Assembly (NCBI RefSeq): GCF_004010195.1
Contig: NC_057711.1
Coordinates: forward strand, 71,691,385 to 71,755,384
DNA: 64,000 nucleotides
Direction: 5' to 3'
Source of the DNA: Chiloscyllium plagiosum
Lineage: Eukaryota
A model generated the notes under the pieces. The model had not been told where the DNA came from, did not search any database, and saw only the letters and a list, made by a program, of their open reading frames with translations. Numbering within the stretch: the first letter of the stretch is position 1; every line of letters starts with the position of its first letter. The position numbers were made by a program, and so were the translations under genes. Shown here piece by piece: positions 51,490 through 64,000 of the stretch.

Positions 51490-51820
51490 TGTCGAATTGC
51501 TACAGTATGGAAGCAAGCCATTTGACCTATCAAGTCCACACTGACCCTCTGAAGAGCATCCCAACCCAGACACACCCCTCTACCATATCTCTGTAACCCT
51601 GCATTCCTCCTTGAATAATCCACCTAACCTGCACATTCCTGGACATTATGGACAATTTAGCATGGCCAATCCACCTACCCTGCATATCTTTGGACTGTGG
51701 GAGATAACCCGCACAGTTAAGGGAGAACATTCCACATAGACAGCTGCCTGAGGGTGGAATTGAACTCAGGTCTTTGGCACTGAGGCAGCAGTGCTAATCA
51801 CTGAGCCACCATGCCACCCT
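51490..51820 (-). mobile_element. HE1-like V-SINE
   Basis: Reverse complement gggtggcatggtggctcagtgattagcactgctgcctca...gagttcaattcc. Confidence 0.85.
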
Positions 51821-51829
51821 TGTGCAGTT

Positions 51830-53235
51830 CTATTCGTGCAGCTGTATTCTTATTGCTTTGCCATTCAGTGAGGGACTAACCCAGTGTTGGTTTGAGTTGC
51901 CAGCATGATCAATAATGTTTAGTAGCAACTCCTCTTTGGACAGTAAGTCTGGGCTTTACACATGCCCTTTTTGTACCATATAGATTTTCTTCCTTTTCTT
52001 TGGCTTCTTTATTTTAGCTGTATGTCGTTCATGTCTCTTCCTCAAACACGCCTGTTCAATGTGCCCTTATTTGTCAGTTTTTATATACAACTCCCTGATA
52101 CCAACATTTCACTACTGTGTGAATTGTTTTCCAACACTGATGACAGTTTTGAATCTGTGTTGGTGCTTGTCTCTCAACCGCCATTTTGTAAACTTTCTCA
52201 GCTGCCATTTTGTGAACTCTCATGCTTAAACTTGGCTGCTGGCTCCATAAGACTGCTATTTTCATTGATTTCTTCAAGTCTGGGTTCCTTTCCATCCATA
52301 ATCTCTTCTGGAATGCTTCACATCTAAAACCACATAGCATCATTTAAATTGTCTCTAAATTCACAACATCTGCCAGAGTCTTCAAAATTGCTATGAAATG
52401 GGAGATAAATTCACCATCATGCTTGTTGCATTTGTGTAATGTGAACCTTTCAACAATCATCAATGGTTTTGATGAGAAATGGCTCTGTATGATTAGCACT
52501 ATTTCTTCCTATGTTTTCGAACCCGACTTCTTTAGCAATACAAGATTCTGCAGGAGGTTAAAAGTTTATCCTCCCTGGGCTGCAGAGGTGACTATACTTG
52601 CTTCAGTTTTGTTACCTTAAACCAAACAATGGAAAGTCTCTGTGTAGGAGTTGCAGCTCTCTGTATTTTCATCAGACGGTCCCACAGAAGCAAAGTTTCC
52701 TGCCTTTTTTATGAGCATGATGTACCATGGAAATTTTACCACTACTTTCTTCCCATTTAAATCAAGATATTCCTGAGGTTGTTAGTTTCTTTTGAAACTA
52801 CACCCCTCTCTCAAAGCACTACCCTCTGAATAAGGTATTCATCATTGAGTGTTCCTTGAGAGTGAAGCACATGGAAAGCTTTTTCCGCACTGTTCACCTT
52901 TTCCCTGGAGTTGAGTTTTGTTTTATTCACACTGATTTTTCTTCTGTTTCAAAATGCCTCTAAGATCTGTAGTGAGGATCAGCTTTTTTTGAAAAATTAG
53001 TAGATCTTGAAGCACTTTTTATCCTCGAAACCAGTTTTCTTCGTGTATTATGTTTCAAGAAGGATCTGGGGCTGCAATGTCTAAAACAATAACAGCTTTT
53101 ATTAAGGTGTTCACTCTACAAAGGAGCAAGCCAGACTAAACTATTTTTGTCGAAAGTGGCTTATGAGATCAATATCACGTCATGGGATCAGACTGTTAAA
53201 GTGACAGTCCAACATGCTAATGCAAAAATACAACA
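51830..53235 (-). mobile_element. Gypsy relic: short 5' LTR (53044-53235), PBS, gag and start of protease
   Basis: LTR TGTTGTA...AATACA with AATAAA; PBS-like tggtttcgaggat at 53033-53021; gag CGFRCEAFQKRL...CHQCWKTIHTVVKCWY; LNGKAIRIQL protease lead-in cut off next to a SINE. Confidence 0.8.
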
Positions 53236-53354
53236 GGAAACTATAAGACAAGGCTCCCTCACAAACTGTTGAGTTTTCATTCCAGAATGTACACGTGATG
53301 TCACCTCCAGGTTTGCTCTGAGTGAGAAGTTAGATGGGAAGCAGTCCAGACAGA

Positions 53355-53980
53355 GTTGTAGGGTCATTCAGCACAGAAACAGACTCTGCAATCCAACCAG
53401 TCCATGCTAAACATAGTCCTAAACTAAACTAGTCCCAGTTGCCTGCTCCTGGCCCATATCCCTCCAAACCTATCCTATTTATGTATCCAAACAAATGTCT
53501 TTTAAACATTATCATTGTATCCACATCCATCACTTCCTCAGGAAGTTCATTCCACATGTGAACCATCCTCTATGTAAAATATTTGCCTCTTATGACTTCT
53601 CTAAATTTCCCTTCTCTCACCTTAAAAACGTGCCCCCTAGTCTTGAAGTTCCCCATCTTAGGAAAAAGACTACTACTGTCAACTCTATCTATACGTCTCA
53701 TTGTTTTATAAATTTCTATCAGTTCACCTCTCAACTTCTTACATTCCGGTGGAAAAAGTCCCAGCCTTTCCAGCCTTTCTTGATAACTCAAGCCTTTCAT
53801 ACCTAGCAGTATCCTGGTAAATCTCTTCTGAACATTCTTCTGCTTGATAATATCCTTCGTATAACTGGGTGACCAGAACTGGACACAGTGCTCCAGAACT
53901 CATCAATAATCTTAACATAACGTCTCAACTCCTGTACTCAAAAGGACTGAGCAATGAAGGCAAGCATGCTAATCGCCTTT
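53355..53980 (-). mobile_element. CR1 3' fragment (another subfamily)
   Basis: GLSYQERLERLGLF...LRGELIEIYK...KTRGHVFKVR. Confidence 0.92.
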
Positions 53981-55454
53981 TGCAGCAAAGATATTGGATC
54001 AATTTTGGAGAGGAGAAAACAATGTGTTTGACAACAGGGGGAAGGTGTTTGTCAAACGGGTTTGGAGAGGGTGGGATCCCAGGAGAGATATTGGAGATCT
54101 TGTACAGGAGAGAAAGAGGATGAAGATCTTAGGGATGTGATGAAGGTAGTCAGCATTCTTGAGTAGAAAGATTCAAAAGCCTCCTTGAAGATGTATGTCT
54201 GAGAACACAGCAGGGTATGTCAGACTCCTCAGTTGAGGGCAGGAGGGTTGTCAGAAGGGAATGAAAAGGGATGAAGGGGGCAATATCTGATCACAGGGAT
54301 GGGGTCATTGGCGAGATATGCATTCTGGGTCCAACAGGGATGTGGAAAGGCAGTCCTCTTCTGGGGCTGAAAATCATTGCTTGATCTGGTTGCTGGACAT
54401 CCCAGCCTCACCATCATAATTTAAGTAGCAACACATCTCTCATTGCCCTCCCACCTTCCATCTTGTCTCCCTCAAAACTGAACGTTAGCAGGAGGGCCGG
54501 GGCGATGATGGATGTGACTTAGGATCAGCATTCAGATTTTTTACACTCACTCCTTTTTCTTTCTGGTTAAACAAACCCCACCCCATAATGGATCAGTCTG
54601 TTCTACTGCCTTTAAAAAGGATTTAACCTTGGTCCGAGATGTTTTGATTTCAAAACACAGTTTGTTATGATGATATGCTTAAGAAAACTGAACATAGCTA
54701 GTTGAAAATTCACAGGCTTTCAATAAATTCCACTTATAAAGTAGCACGCAACACCTACCTAGTGGACTCATAGACTACATCTGACCCATACATAGGGCTG
54801 ACCTCCCTCCCTCCCATTTTTAAGAGGGCATGGCCAGCAGAGGAGGCTCCCAGGTCAGGAACCTTCATCAATCCACCAGTCAAAAGTAAGCATGCTGATC
54901 TCCCATTCCTCCCAAAGGTTCAGGCCTGGGTCATGGCTCTTGCAATTTGTTTTTTTACAAAGGTTGCTAAGATTTTCATGACTGGCTGGTCTCTATTAGA
55001 GCACCTAATAAACACTGATTGGTGGAGCAGGCTCAGGGAGCTGAATGGCCTACTCCTATGTTCTTACGTACGTTTGAAAATTCTTGACAGGGATTTTGGT
55101 ATTCAAAGTTGTCAATGCAATTTACTTTGATGGATATGTTGCTGCAATTCATCTTTGCACTTCAGATGTCTTCGGTACTGCTGAAAATCTTCAGGTCCTT
55201 GAACGTTTTGATTAATGATCTTCTAGCTCCAATTCAACTTGGAGCAAGGTTGTCCACATCTTTTTCATCGTTGGCCTATTTTGGCAGGGATAGTTCTGAT
55301 GTCCTAACCCTGGTTTTCCAGAGATTTGTTTTCTTGGGTTAATCATTGACTTCCACCAGCTGTTGGAATTAGTGCAACAAAGAAGAGATTTTTTAAAAAT
55401 CACATCTACCTGTGTAACATGAGAAAAACTACACTCATTAAAGTCTGAGTACAT

Positions 55455-55720
55455 CACGTAGTGTTTTCGAGCAAATTAATTACTTTTAAAATACTTTGCA
55501 ATGTATCAGACAACTTGTGGACAGCAATGTTCAACAAACAACAAAGAGTGACATGGTAAAACAATCTGAGTTAGTGATGTTGGTTGAGGGATAAATGTTG
55601 ATATGGAAAGTAAAATAATTCTCATGCTCTTTGAATAACACTGCCATGTACATTGAGATGACGGATTGGACATTAGTTTAATGACTCTTGCAAAAGACAG
55701 CCCCCCGCCCCCCTCCCACA
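55455..55720 (-). mobile_element. Deu-type SINE, old
   Basis: Reverse complement catggcagtgttattcaaagagc...aacatttatccctcaaccaacatcactaa; homologous to 2430-2640. Confidence 0.6.
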
Positions 55721-57818
55721 CACACAAGTAAAAGACATAAAAACTAATCCACTTCACTAAATAGGTGCAGTGAGCATTGTTGGTTGCATCATAGAACAGT
55801 GGGAACTTGAGCAAAATCTGTGAATGCAGAACATGGACCTGATCAAAGAACAAGCCACCATAAGGAGTAGATTTGGAGTAGCATACTTAGCTCCTGGGCA
55901 TGACAGAGGGCCAGGAGGTGGATGCTCAAGCTCCCTGACTTCATTACTTGGGCAGCAAGGGCTGTTAATGCTTTATTTATTACAGGATTCAATTACAATG
56001 CCAGCCACTGTTTTATTAAGTTGACCACTAATGACCTAATGAGGAATATGGCAGTCTGATCTTGATAGAGATCATTAGAGAAGAAACTACGGACAGAATT
56101 TTATAGGACCCTCAATGTCAGGGTCTATGGTGAGAAATCTGACAGAATTGCATGAGAAGTCCAATGAGGTATTTCTTCAAGTCAGGAACCACAAATTCTA
56201 TTTTCCCAAAGAGTCTTGGGCATTGAGTCAAAGTTCTCACTAGTGAGCAGCAAGATGCTTATTAACAGGGATCATTGCTCATTATCAGTCTCATAAATAT
56301 CGAACTTGCCTCATTAATATGCAGGTTGCTCTTTGACCATGCACTGGCTAGAAATCACACATTGAGATTTCCTCACACAAAAGTCAGAGACGGTATTTGA
56401 TGATTCCAGCTCACAGCTTGCTTCTTTGGTCCTCCAGCTTGGACACCAAGTATCAACAGCTCAAGGTTTGCACTATAGACAGAGGCTACAAACAGTCCAT
56501 GCCTACTGACCTCAGCATCCAACACATTGCCAACCATTCAGTGCCATTGTGGTCCATTTCCCACCTACATACAGCCTGGTTCCGCATTTCAATGCTGCAG
56601 TCAAAGTGCATCAACACTTCTCATTGCTTTGTTGCTGCAAAGGCATTGTGCCCAGGGAACAGGCACCCGGATGATGGATTGGGACCAATCTGCATCTCAG
56701 GGCTATTTGTGCATTATCCTATCACGCACTTACCTTGCACCTACTTGAACGCTCACAACATTGTTGCCTTCCACTGCCTTGCCATCCATGCATTTTAGCA
56801 CAGACGTAAAGCAAGTTTCCCATCTCTATGAAACTGTCACAATCTGTATAGGAAGAGTCTGGATTGCAACTGATAGTCCAGATACAAAGTCCTTTTAAGG
56901 GTGTGTCAGTGACAGGATTGACTGTTTATTCTGAGATATCTCAGCAGTGATGAGTACTTCCAATTACGGCGAGTGACAGAATCCATCTAGCATCGCTGAG
57001 AGGAGCAGCATAGGTACTGGCTAAATAGATAAAACAGCGAATTTGGGACAATAACACAAGAAATCTCACTAGGCCTCAGGAAGAGAAATTCTTAAAAAAA
57101 ACCCAACAGAATGCAGTCAAAATATAAAATATAAGTCTATCATCATCAGGGTATCTATTTCGGACAGTTGGATTGCTTACTTCTGAGTCAAACACATTAA
57201 AAAATGATTGGATTGCAACAGAAGTATTGTTTGTATGCACAGTTCTCTGGTACAATTACTGCTCGTCAAAATATGTTTATTTGTTTTGGTTTCCCTGAAG
57301 CCTCTAATCTTAATTATCTTCACCAGTAAGATATTCTCTGTGGCATGAGATCAATCACTTACTGCATCTCTGTACTCTCACTTCCTCTGAATCATATCTG
57401 TATCTGTCAGGAGAGACCTTTGTTTTAATTACAAGAAGTAATTTGCTTTGCACATACATTGGTTTTTACAGGACTACACTGGCACAAATTGTCATTGACA
57501 TGAGCCAGTGTTCCTTTATACTTGTATACCACTGAAGGAACGGCATTTGCTCACAAGGGAAGTGGATAGACTTTTCTTAGGCAGTCGAATCAGGAGTTAT
57601 TGGAGGGTGGATGGAAATGCAGAAACAAAAACTGATCAGCCATGATCTTATTGAATGGCAGAGCAAGCTGGAGGCGCTGCCTGGTTTGTTTCTGTTCCTA
57701 TTTCTTATGAAGTACAACCATGAGCTCCTTGAATCTCTGCCTTATGGTTGCTTTCATACATTCTCAAAGCTGCAATTGGCTACGAATATTAGGGGAAATC
57801 TACCTAAAAATTATGCAA

Positions 57819-58177
57819 GGAGTAAGTGAGGACTGCACATGCTGGAGATCAGAGTTGAGAGTGTGGTGCTGGAAAAGCACAGCAGGTCAGGCAGCATCCG
57901 AGGAGCAGGAGAATTGAGGTTTCAGGCATAGGCCCTTCATCAGGAATGAGAAAGTGATTGATCGCATTCCTGATGAAAAGCTTATGCCTGAAATGTCGAT
58001 TTGACTAACCAAAAGAGAAAATGCTGGAAAATCTAAGCAGGTCTGGTAGCATCTATAATGAGAGAAAAGAGCTGATGTTTTGAGTCTAACTGATCCTTTG
58101 TCAAAGCCGTTTTGTCGATTTCCCTGCTCCTTGGATGCTACCTGACCTGCTGTGCTTTTCCAACACCACACTCGAAA
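57819..58177. mobile_element. PLE fold-back insert (family A) containing a nested minus-strand pLTR of another family (58003-58112)
   Basis: Outer 15-bp TSD ctaaaaattatgcaa at 57804-57818 and 58178-58192; inner 9-bp TSD tgtcgattt at 57994-58002 and 58113-58121. Confidence 0.88.
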
Positions 58178-58559
58178 CTAAAAATTATGCAAATCTTCTA
58201 AGATTTTGGCACCAAGTATCTTCAGCCCATCCAGCATATTCCCAAACCTCCAGCAGGATATGACAAAAGGGCCACAAATTAGGCCAGACATCATCCATAG
58301 TAATGCTCATGTTCATTATAGGCGATTAGCAGGTAACCTACTTTTGCCAGCATATTTCGAACGCACATAATACACTAGCATTACCCTTAGCATTACCAAA
58401 TATTCCATTCTAAATGTTATTAAATGTTTGAATCCTAGCTATTCATTATTGAAGTGATAGAGTCATAGAGATGTACAGCATGGAAACAGACACTTCGGTC
58501 CAACCCGTCCATGCCGACCAGATATCGCTACCCAATCTAGTCCCACCTTCCAGCACCCG

Positions 58560-61320
58560 GCACATATCCCTCCAAACCCTTCCTATTCATATACCCATCC
58601 AAATGCCTCTTAAATGTTGCAATTGTACCAGCCTCCACCACTTCCTCTGGCAGCTCATTCCATATACGTACCACCCCTGCATGAAAACGTTGCACCTTAG
58701 GTTTCTTTTATACCTTTCCCCTCTCACCTTAAACCTATGCCCTCTAGTTCTGGCCTCCCCCACCTCAGGGAAAAGACTTTGTCTATTTAACCTATCCATG
58801 CCCCTCATAATTTTGTAAACCTCTATAAGGTCACCCCTCAGCCTCCGACGCTCCAGGGAAAACAGCCCCAGCCTGTTCAGCCTATCCCTGTAGCTCAGAT
58901 CCTCCAGCCCTGGCAACATCCTTGTAAATCTTTTGTGAACCCTTTCAAGTTTCACAACATCTTTCCGATAGGAAGGAGACCAGAATTGCACGCAATATTC
59001 CAACAGTTGCCGAACCAATGTCCTGTACAGCCGCAACATGACGTCCTTACTCCTGTACTCAATACACTGGCCAAGAAAAGAAAGCATACCAAACGCCTTC
59101 TTCACTATCCTATCTGCCTGTGATGCCACTTTCAAGGAGCTATGAACCTGCACTCCAAGGTCTCTTTGTTCAGCAACATTCTCCAGGACCTTACCATTAA
59201 GTGTATAAGTCCTGCTAAAATTTACTTTCCCAAAATACAGCACCTCGCATTTATCTGAATTAAACTCCAACTGCCACATCTCAGCCCATTGGCCCATCTG
59301 ATTAAGATCCTGTTGTAATCTAAGATAACCTTCTTCGCTGTCCACTACACCTCCAATTTGGTGTCATCTGCAAACTTACTAACTGTACCTCTTATGCTCA
59401 CATCCAAATCATTTATGGAAATAACAAAAATTAGAGGACCCAGCACCGATCCTTGTGGCGCTCCAGTCTGAAAAACAACCCTCCACCACCACCCTCTGTC
59501 TTCTACCTTTGAGCCAGTTCTGTATCCAAATGGCTAGTTCTCCCTTTATTCAGTGAGATCTAACCTTGCTAATCAGTCTCCCATGAGGAACCTTGTTGAA
59601 CCCCTTTCTGAAGTACATACAGATCACATCTACCACTCTGCCCTCATCAATCCTCTTTGTTACTTCTTCAAAAAACTCAATCAAGTTTGTAAGACATGAT
59701 TTTCCATGCACAAAGCCATGTTGACTATCCGTAATCAGTCCTTGCCTTTCCAAATACATGTGTATCCTGTCCCTCAGGATTCCCTCCAACAACTTGCCCA
59801 CCACTGACATCAGGTTCACTGGTCTGTAGTTCCCTGGCTTGTCCTTACCACCCTTCTTATAGAGTGGCACCACCTTAGCCAACCTCCAGTCTTCCGAAAC
59901 CTCACCTGTGACTATCGATGATACAAATATCTCAGCAAGAGGCCCAGCAATCACTTCCCTAGCTTCCCACAGAGTTCTTGGGTATACCTGATCAGGCCCT
60001 GGGGATTTATCCACCTTTATGTGTTTCAAGACATCCAACACTTCCTCCACTGCAATATGTTCATTTTGCAAGATGTCACCGTCTATTTCCCTACATTCTA
60101 TATCTTCCATATTCTTTTCCACAGTAAATACTGATGCAAAATACTCATTTCGTATTTCCCCCATTTTCTGTGGCTCCACACAAAGGCCGCCTTGCTGATC
60201 TTTGAGGGGCCCTATTCTCTCCCTCGTTATCCTTTTGTCCTTAATGTATTTGTTAAAGCCCTTTGGATTCTCCTTATTTCTATTTGCCAAAGCTATTTCA
60301 TGTCCCCTTTTCGCCCTCCTGATTTCCCTCTTAAGTATACTCCTACTGCCTTAATACTTTTCTAAGGATTCACTCGATCTATCCTGTCTATACCTTACAT
60401 ATACTTCCTTTTTTTTAACCAAACCCTCAATTTCTTTAGTCATCCAGCATTCCCTATACCTACCAGCCTTTCTTTTCACCCTAACAGGATAATACTTTCT
60501 CTGGATTCTCATTATCTCATTTCTGAAGGCTTCCCATTTTCCAGCCGTCCCTTTACCTGCAGACATCTGCCCCCAATCAGCTTTTGAAAGTTCTTGCCTA
60601 ACACCATCAAAATTGGCCTTTCTCCAGTTTAGAACTTCAACTTTTAGATCTGGTCTATCCTTTTCCATCATTATTTTAAATCTAACAGAATTATGGTCAC
60701 TGACCCCAAAATGCTCCCCCACTGACACCTCAGTCACCTGCCCTGCCTTATTTCCAAAGAATAAGAGACGTTTTGCACTTTCTCTAGTAGGTACATCCAC
60801 ACACTGAAGCAGAAAATTTTCTTGGACACACTGAACAAATTCCTTTCCATCTAAACCCTTAACACTATGGCAGTCCCAGTCTATGTTTGGAAAGTTAAAA
60901 TCCCCTACCATAACTACCCTATTATTCTTACAGATAGCTGAGATCTCCTTACAAGTTTGTTTCTCAATTTCTCTCTGACTATTAGGGGTCTATAGTACAA
61001 TCCCAATAAGGTGATCATCCCTTTCTTATTTCTCAGTTCCACCGAAATAACTTCCCTGAACGTATTTCCAGGAATATCCTCCCTCAGCACAGCTGTAATG
61101 CTATCCCTTATCAAAAACGCCACTCCCTTCCTCTCTTGCCTCCCTTTCTATCCTTCCTGTTGCATTTGTATCCTGGAACATTAAGCTGCCTGGCCTGCCC
61201 ATCCCTGAGCCATGTTTCTGTAATTGCTATGATAGCCCACTCCCATGTTCCTAACCATGCCCTGAGTTCATCTGCCTTCCCTGTTAGGCCCCTTGCATTG
61301 AAATAAATGCAGTTTAATTT
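58560..61320 (-). pseudogene. CR1 ORF2 (APE endonuclease and reverse transcriptase), frameshifted
   Basis: ORF pieces 60914..61123, 60351..60911, 59550..60290, 58587..59345. Confidence 0.95.
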
Positions 61321-62357
61321 ATTAGTCCTACCTTGTCCCTGCCTGTTTGATTCACTTCTGTTCTCAACTGTACCAGTATCAGATTGATCTCTTTCCTCAC
61401 TATCTCCCTGGGTCCCACCACCCCAGCATACCAGTTTAAATCCTCCCTAACAGCTCTAGCAAATTTCCCTGCCAGTATATTAGTCCCCTTCCAATTCAGG
61501 TGCAAACCGTCCTTCTTGTACAGGTCACTTCTACCCCAGAAGAGATTCCAATGATCCAAAAATGTGAATCCTTCTCCCATACACCAGCTCCTCAGCCATG
61601 CATTCATCTGCTCTATCCTTCTATTCCTGCCCTCACTTGCACGCCACACCGGGAGTAATCCAGATATTACTACTCTCGAGGACCTCCTTTTTAAGTTCCT
61701 GCCTAACTCTCTGTAATCTCGCTTCAGAATCTCATCCTTTTCCCTTCCTATATCATTGGTTCCAATGTGGACAATGACCTGTTGATGGTCCGTCTCCCCA
61801 TTGAGAACATTCTGCACCCTCTCTGAGACATCCTTGATCCTGGCACCAGGGAAGCAACACACCATTCTGGTTTTTCTCTGCTGGCCACAGAAACGTCTGT
61901 CTGTACGTCAGACTACAGAATCCCCTAACACAATTGATCTCTTGGAAGCCGACATACCCCTCATTGCATTAGAGCCAGTCTCAATACCAGAAACTTGGCT
62001 GTTCATGCTACGTTCCCCTGTGAATCCATCACCCCTTACATTTTTCAAAACAGCATACCTGTTTGAAATGGGTATATCCACAAAAGGTTCCTGCACTAGC
62101 TGCCTACCTCTCTGACCTTTCCTGAAGTTAACCCATCTATGTGACTGTATCTGAGACTTTCCCCCCTTCCTATAACTGCCATCCATTACATACCGTTGCT
62201 GTTGCAAATTCCTGATTGCTTCTAACTGTCAATCCATTCGATCTGATATGATTCACAACCAACAGCATTTATTGTAGATATAATCCGCAGTAACCCTTAA
62301 ACTCTCTTGAAACTCCCACATCTGACAAGAAGCACATATCACTTTACTAAAGGCCAT
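61314..62357 (-). pseudogene. CR1 ORF1: zinc finger plus SGNH/GDSL esterase
   Basis: MAFSKVICASCQMWE; IVLGDS; CFPGARIKD; HIGTND; DGLHLN; in-frame stops in the N-terminal part. Confidence 0.92.
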
Positions 62358-63339
62358 TTTTGTTCCTTCACAATCTACAGACCCAGAAAACAACACTGTC
62401 TTATTCCTCTACAAAACACTGCCCCAGGTTAAATTAATAGTTATGTCTTATATTTTAAGTTTAATCAATAGACATATCTCAAAAAACATATCATCAAGAA
62501 ACAACCCACTCTACTCACTACTGCAGACTTTCTGTAGGTCACTTAAAAACAATACACTTATCTGCTTCTGTGCTGTGAACTTTGCCTAAACAGTTCTTCC
62601 AAGATCAGTTATGATTTTCACTGTTTGTTAATTTTCCCAAACGCACTCCGATGTCCGGCGATACATGAATTCAAACAGCAAAGACAGTAACTGTGCAGGT
62701 TCACTTCTGTGTCAGTTTCTTTCTCTATCTCTCTCTGTCTATCCTCCACTGAGCTCACCACGTGCTTCCTTTGTCTGTTCTTCTCCCTTTTAAAACTGCT
62801 GTTGTTTTGATGTTTTTTTCCAAAGTTCCAAAACAATGCAACAGCATATAAAACAGTCATTGCTGCTCCTCCAATTTGAGGAAATCACCTCCAACGCCTA
62901 AAATATCTCAAAAAAGGAGCAGCTGTTAAAGCCAGAAATTTTTCCCGTCCTTCATCTATGGTAATGAATGTTGCGATAAATGACAGATAATGTGTTATTA
63001 TTCACCACCCGATGCCACCTACCGCAAAACAGTCAGAAAGCACAATATGTCACAGGATTTAAAGTGGTGGGCATTCCATATTTTGTCAAAGATCCTGAGG
63101 CCTGCAACACCTCATTATGCAGAACATTGGTACTTGGATTTGGCCCACAACAGATTGACATCAGCCCTTCATGTTCATCATTGTACACACATCATGCTGT
63201 GCAAAAACACCAGCTGAGAGCATTGTTGTGCAGCACTGGTGCAGCTCACCGTTGAGTTAGACTTGCACAGTGCCGAACCACTCCCATTTGATTGCAATCC
63301 TTCAACAACCTGTTTTGTTCGTTATTTCAGAACACATTT

Positions 63340-63432
63340 CAACTCTGGCAATGCCAGCATTAGTTGCCTGTCCCTTATTTCCCTTGAGCTAAGTGGCTGG
63401 CTTGGCCATTTCTGAGGGAAGAGTCAACCAAA
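63340..63432 (-). mobile_element. 3' part of the LINE-B-related SINE
   Basis: Reverse complement ttgactcttccctcagaaatggccaagccagccacttagc-tcaagggaaataagggacaggcaac. Confidence 0.65.
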
Positions 63433-64000
63433 TGATCTGTCCACGGAAATGAGCCTGAGCTTCCCATTGCCCGCCAATTTTACACACGACCATGTTCCTT
63501 GGAAAACACCGCTGTCTCAGGTTTACTGCAGTACTTCAATGAAACTCAGCATAAACTGAATGAACAGTGACCCATTTGCTGCTTGAGGACCTTGCAATCT
63601 TCGGGACTCAAGGTTGAGTTCAACAATTTTAGGGCCTGAGCACCTTCTTCCATGTCCCAACCCCACACACTTGGCTTTGTCATCAGAAAGGCTGCTACCA
63701 CACACTGATCCCCATTAGCAGCTACTGACTCCTCCAGGCTGATCTTTACTGCTGAACTGTTTTTGTTTCTGTCTGGGCTCCATCTCCATTTATTGTTTAC
63801 CCTCTCTGCCTCCACCTCTACCCCCATCACCCACCTTCAGCATATGTACCAACCTTTTCCCAGCTAAAATTAGTTCTGAAGAAGGGCCACCTGAAATATT
63901 AATTTCCTTTTTCTCTCCACAGATGCTACCAGACCTGCTGGGATTTTCCAACAATTTCAGTTTTTGTTTCCAATTTACAGCATCCACATTTTTTTTTTGC
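63433..64000 (+). mobile_element. PLE 3' end: GIY-YIG relic, 3' UTR and pLTR with decayed hammerhead (63876-63900)
   Basis: EPELPIARQF...SGLLQYFNETQHKLNEQ*...TLQSSGLKVEFNNFRA* is paralogous to 147-452; CTGAAGA-AGG(GCCA)CCT-GAAATATT. Confidence 0.8.

Larger units (their letters stand above)
58457..62957 (-). mobile_element. Near-full-length CR1 (HER1-like) LINE, about 4.5 kb, disabled
   Basis: 5' UTR, ORF1, ORF2 (APE: CIYFNARG, VGDFNFPNIDW, SDHN; RT: KFADDT) and (CTATGACT) tail are all collinear; several frameshifts; no clear TSD. Confidence 0.97.

Noticed and set aside
55068..55409. Possible minus-strand exon (acceptor tttttctcatgttacacag, short MNCSNISIK... frame, donor gtaaga)
   Set aside because: The donor comes from a CR1 tail, all frames contain stops across the interval, and I found no partner exons or recognisable protein
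56090..57070. Possible non-autonomous DNA transposon starting ggacagaattttatagg (similar blocks at about 1.8-2.3 and 54.2-54.9 kb)
   Set aside because: No matching terminal inverted repeat or TSD could be verified
63876..63900. ATAT palindrome as compensatory evolution of hammerhead helix III
   Set aside because: ACGT to ATAT is fully explained by CpG deamination on both strands after insertion

Overview
This is AT-rich vertebrate non-coding DNA, most likely from an elasmobranch (shark). That is inferred from HE1-like V-SINEs, their HER1/CR1 partner LINEs and Deu-type SINEs. I could not support any host protein-coding exon: every recognisable ORF is transposon-derived and disabled. The window holds one near-full-length CR1 LINE (58.5-63.0 kb, minus; SGNH-esterase ORF1 plus APE-RT ORF2), many CR1 fragments, L2 fragments, and a second APE-RT LINE family ('LINE-B') with a tRNA-like head. 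It also holds two Gypsy relics (one internally inverted), solo LTRs, a PIF/Harbinger Myb-protein relic and many Penelope-like (PLE) pieces. The strongest signal is a set of minimal hammerhead-ribozyme cores (CUGANGA...GAAA-UH) in the PLE terminal repeats. They occur in at least three covarying families, often as fold-back inserts with long TSDs, and one insert duplicates the cleavage triplet of another. Boundaries were read by eye and are approximate unless a TSD is quoted.
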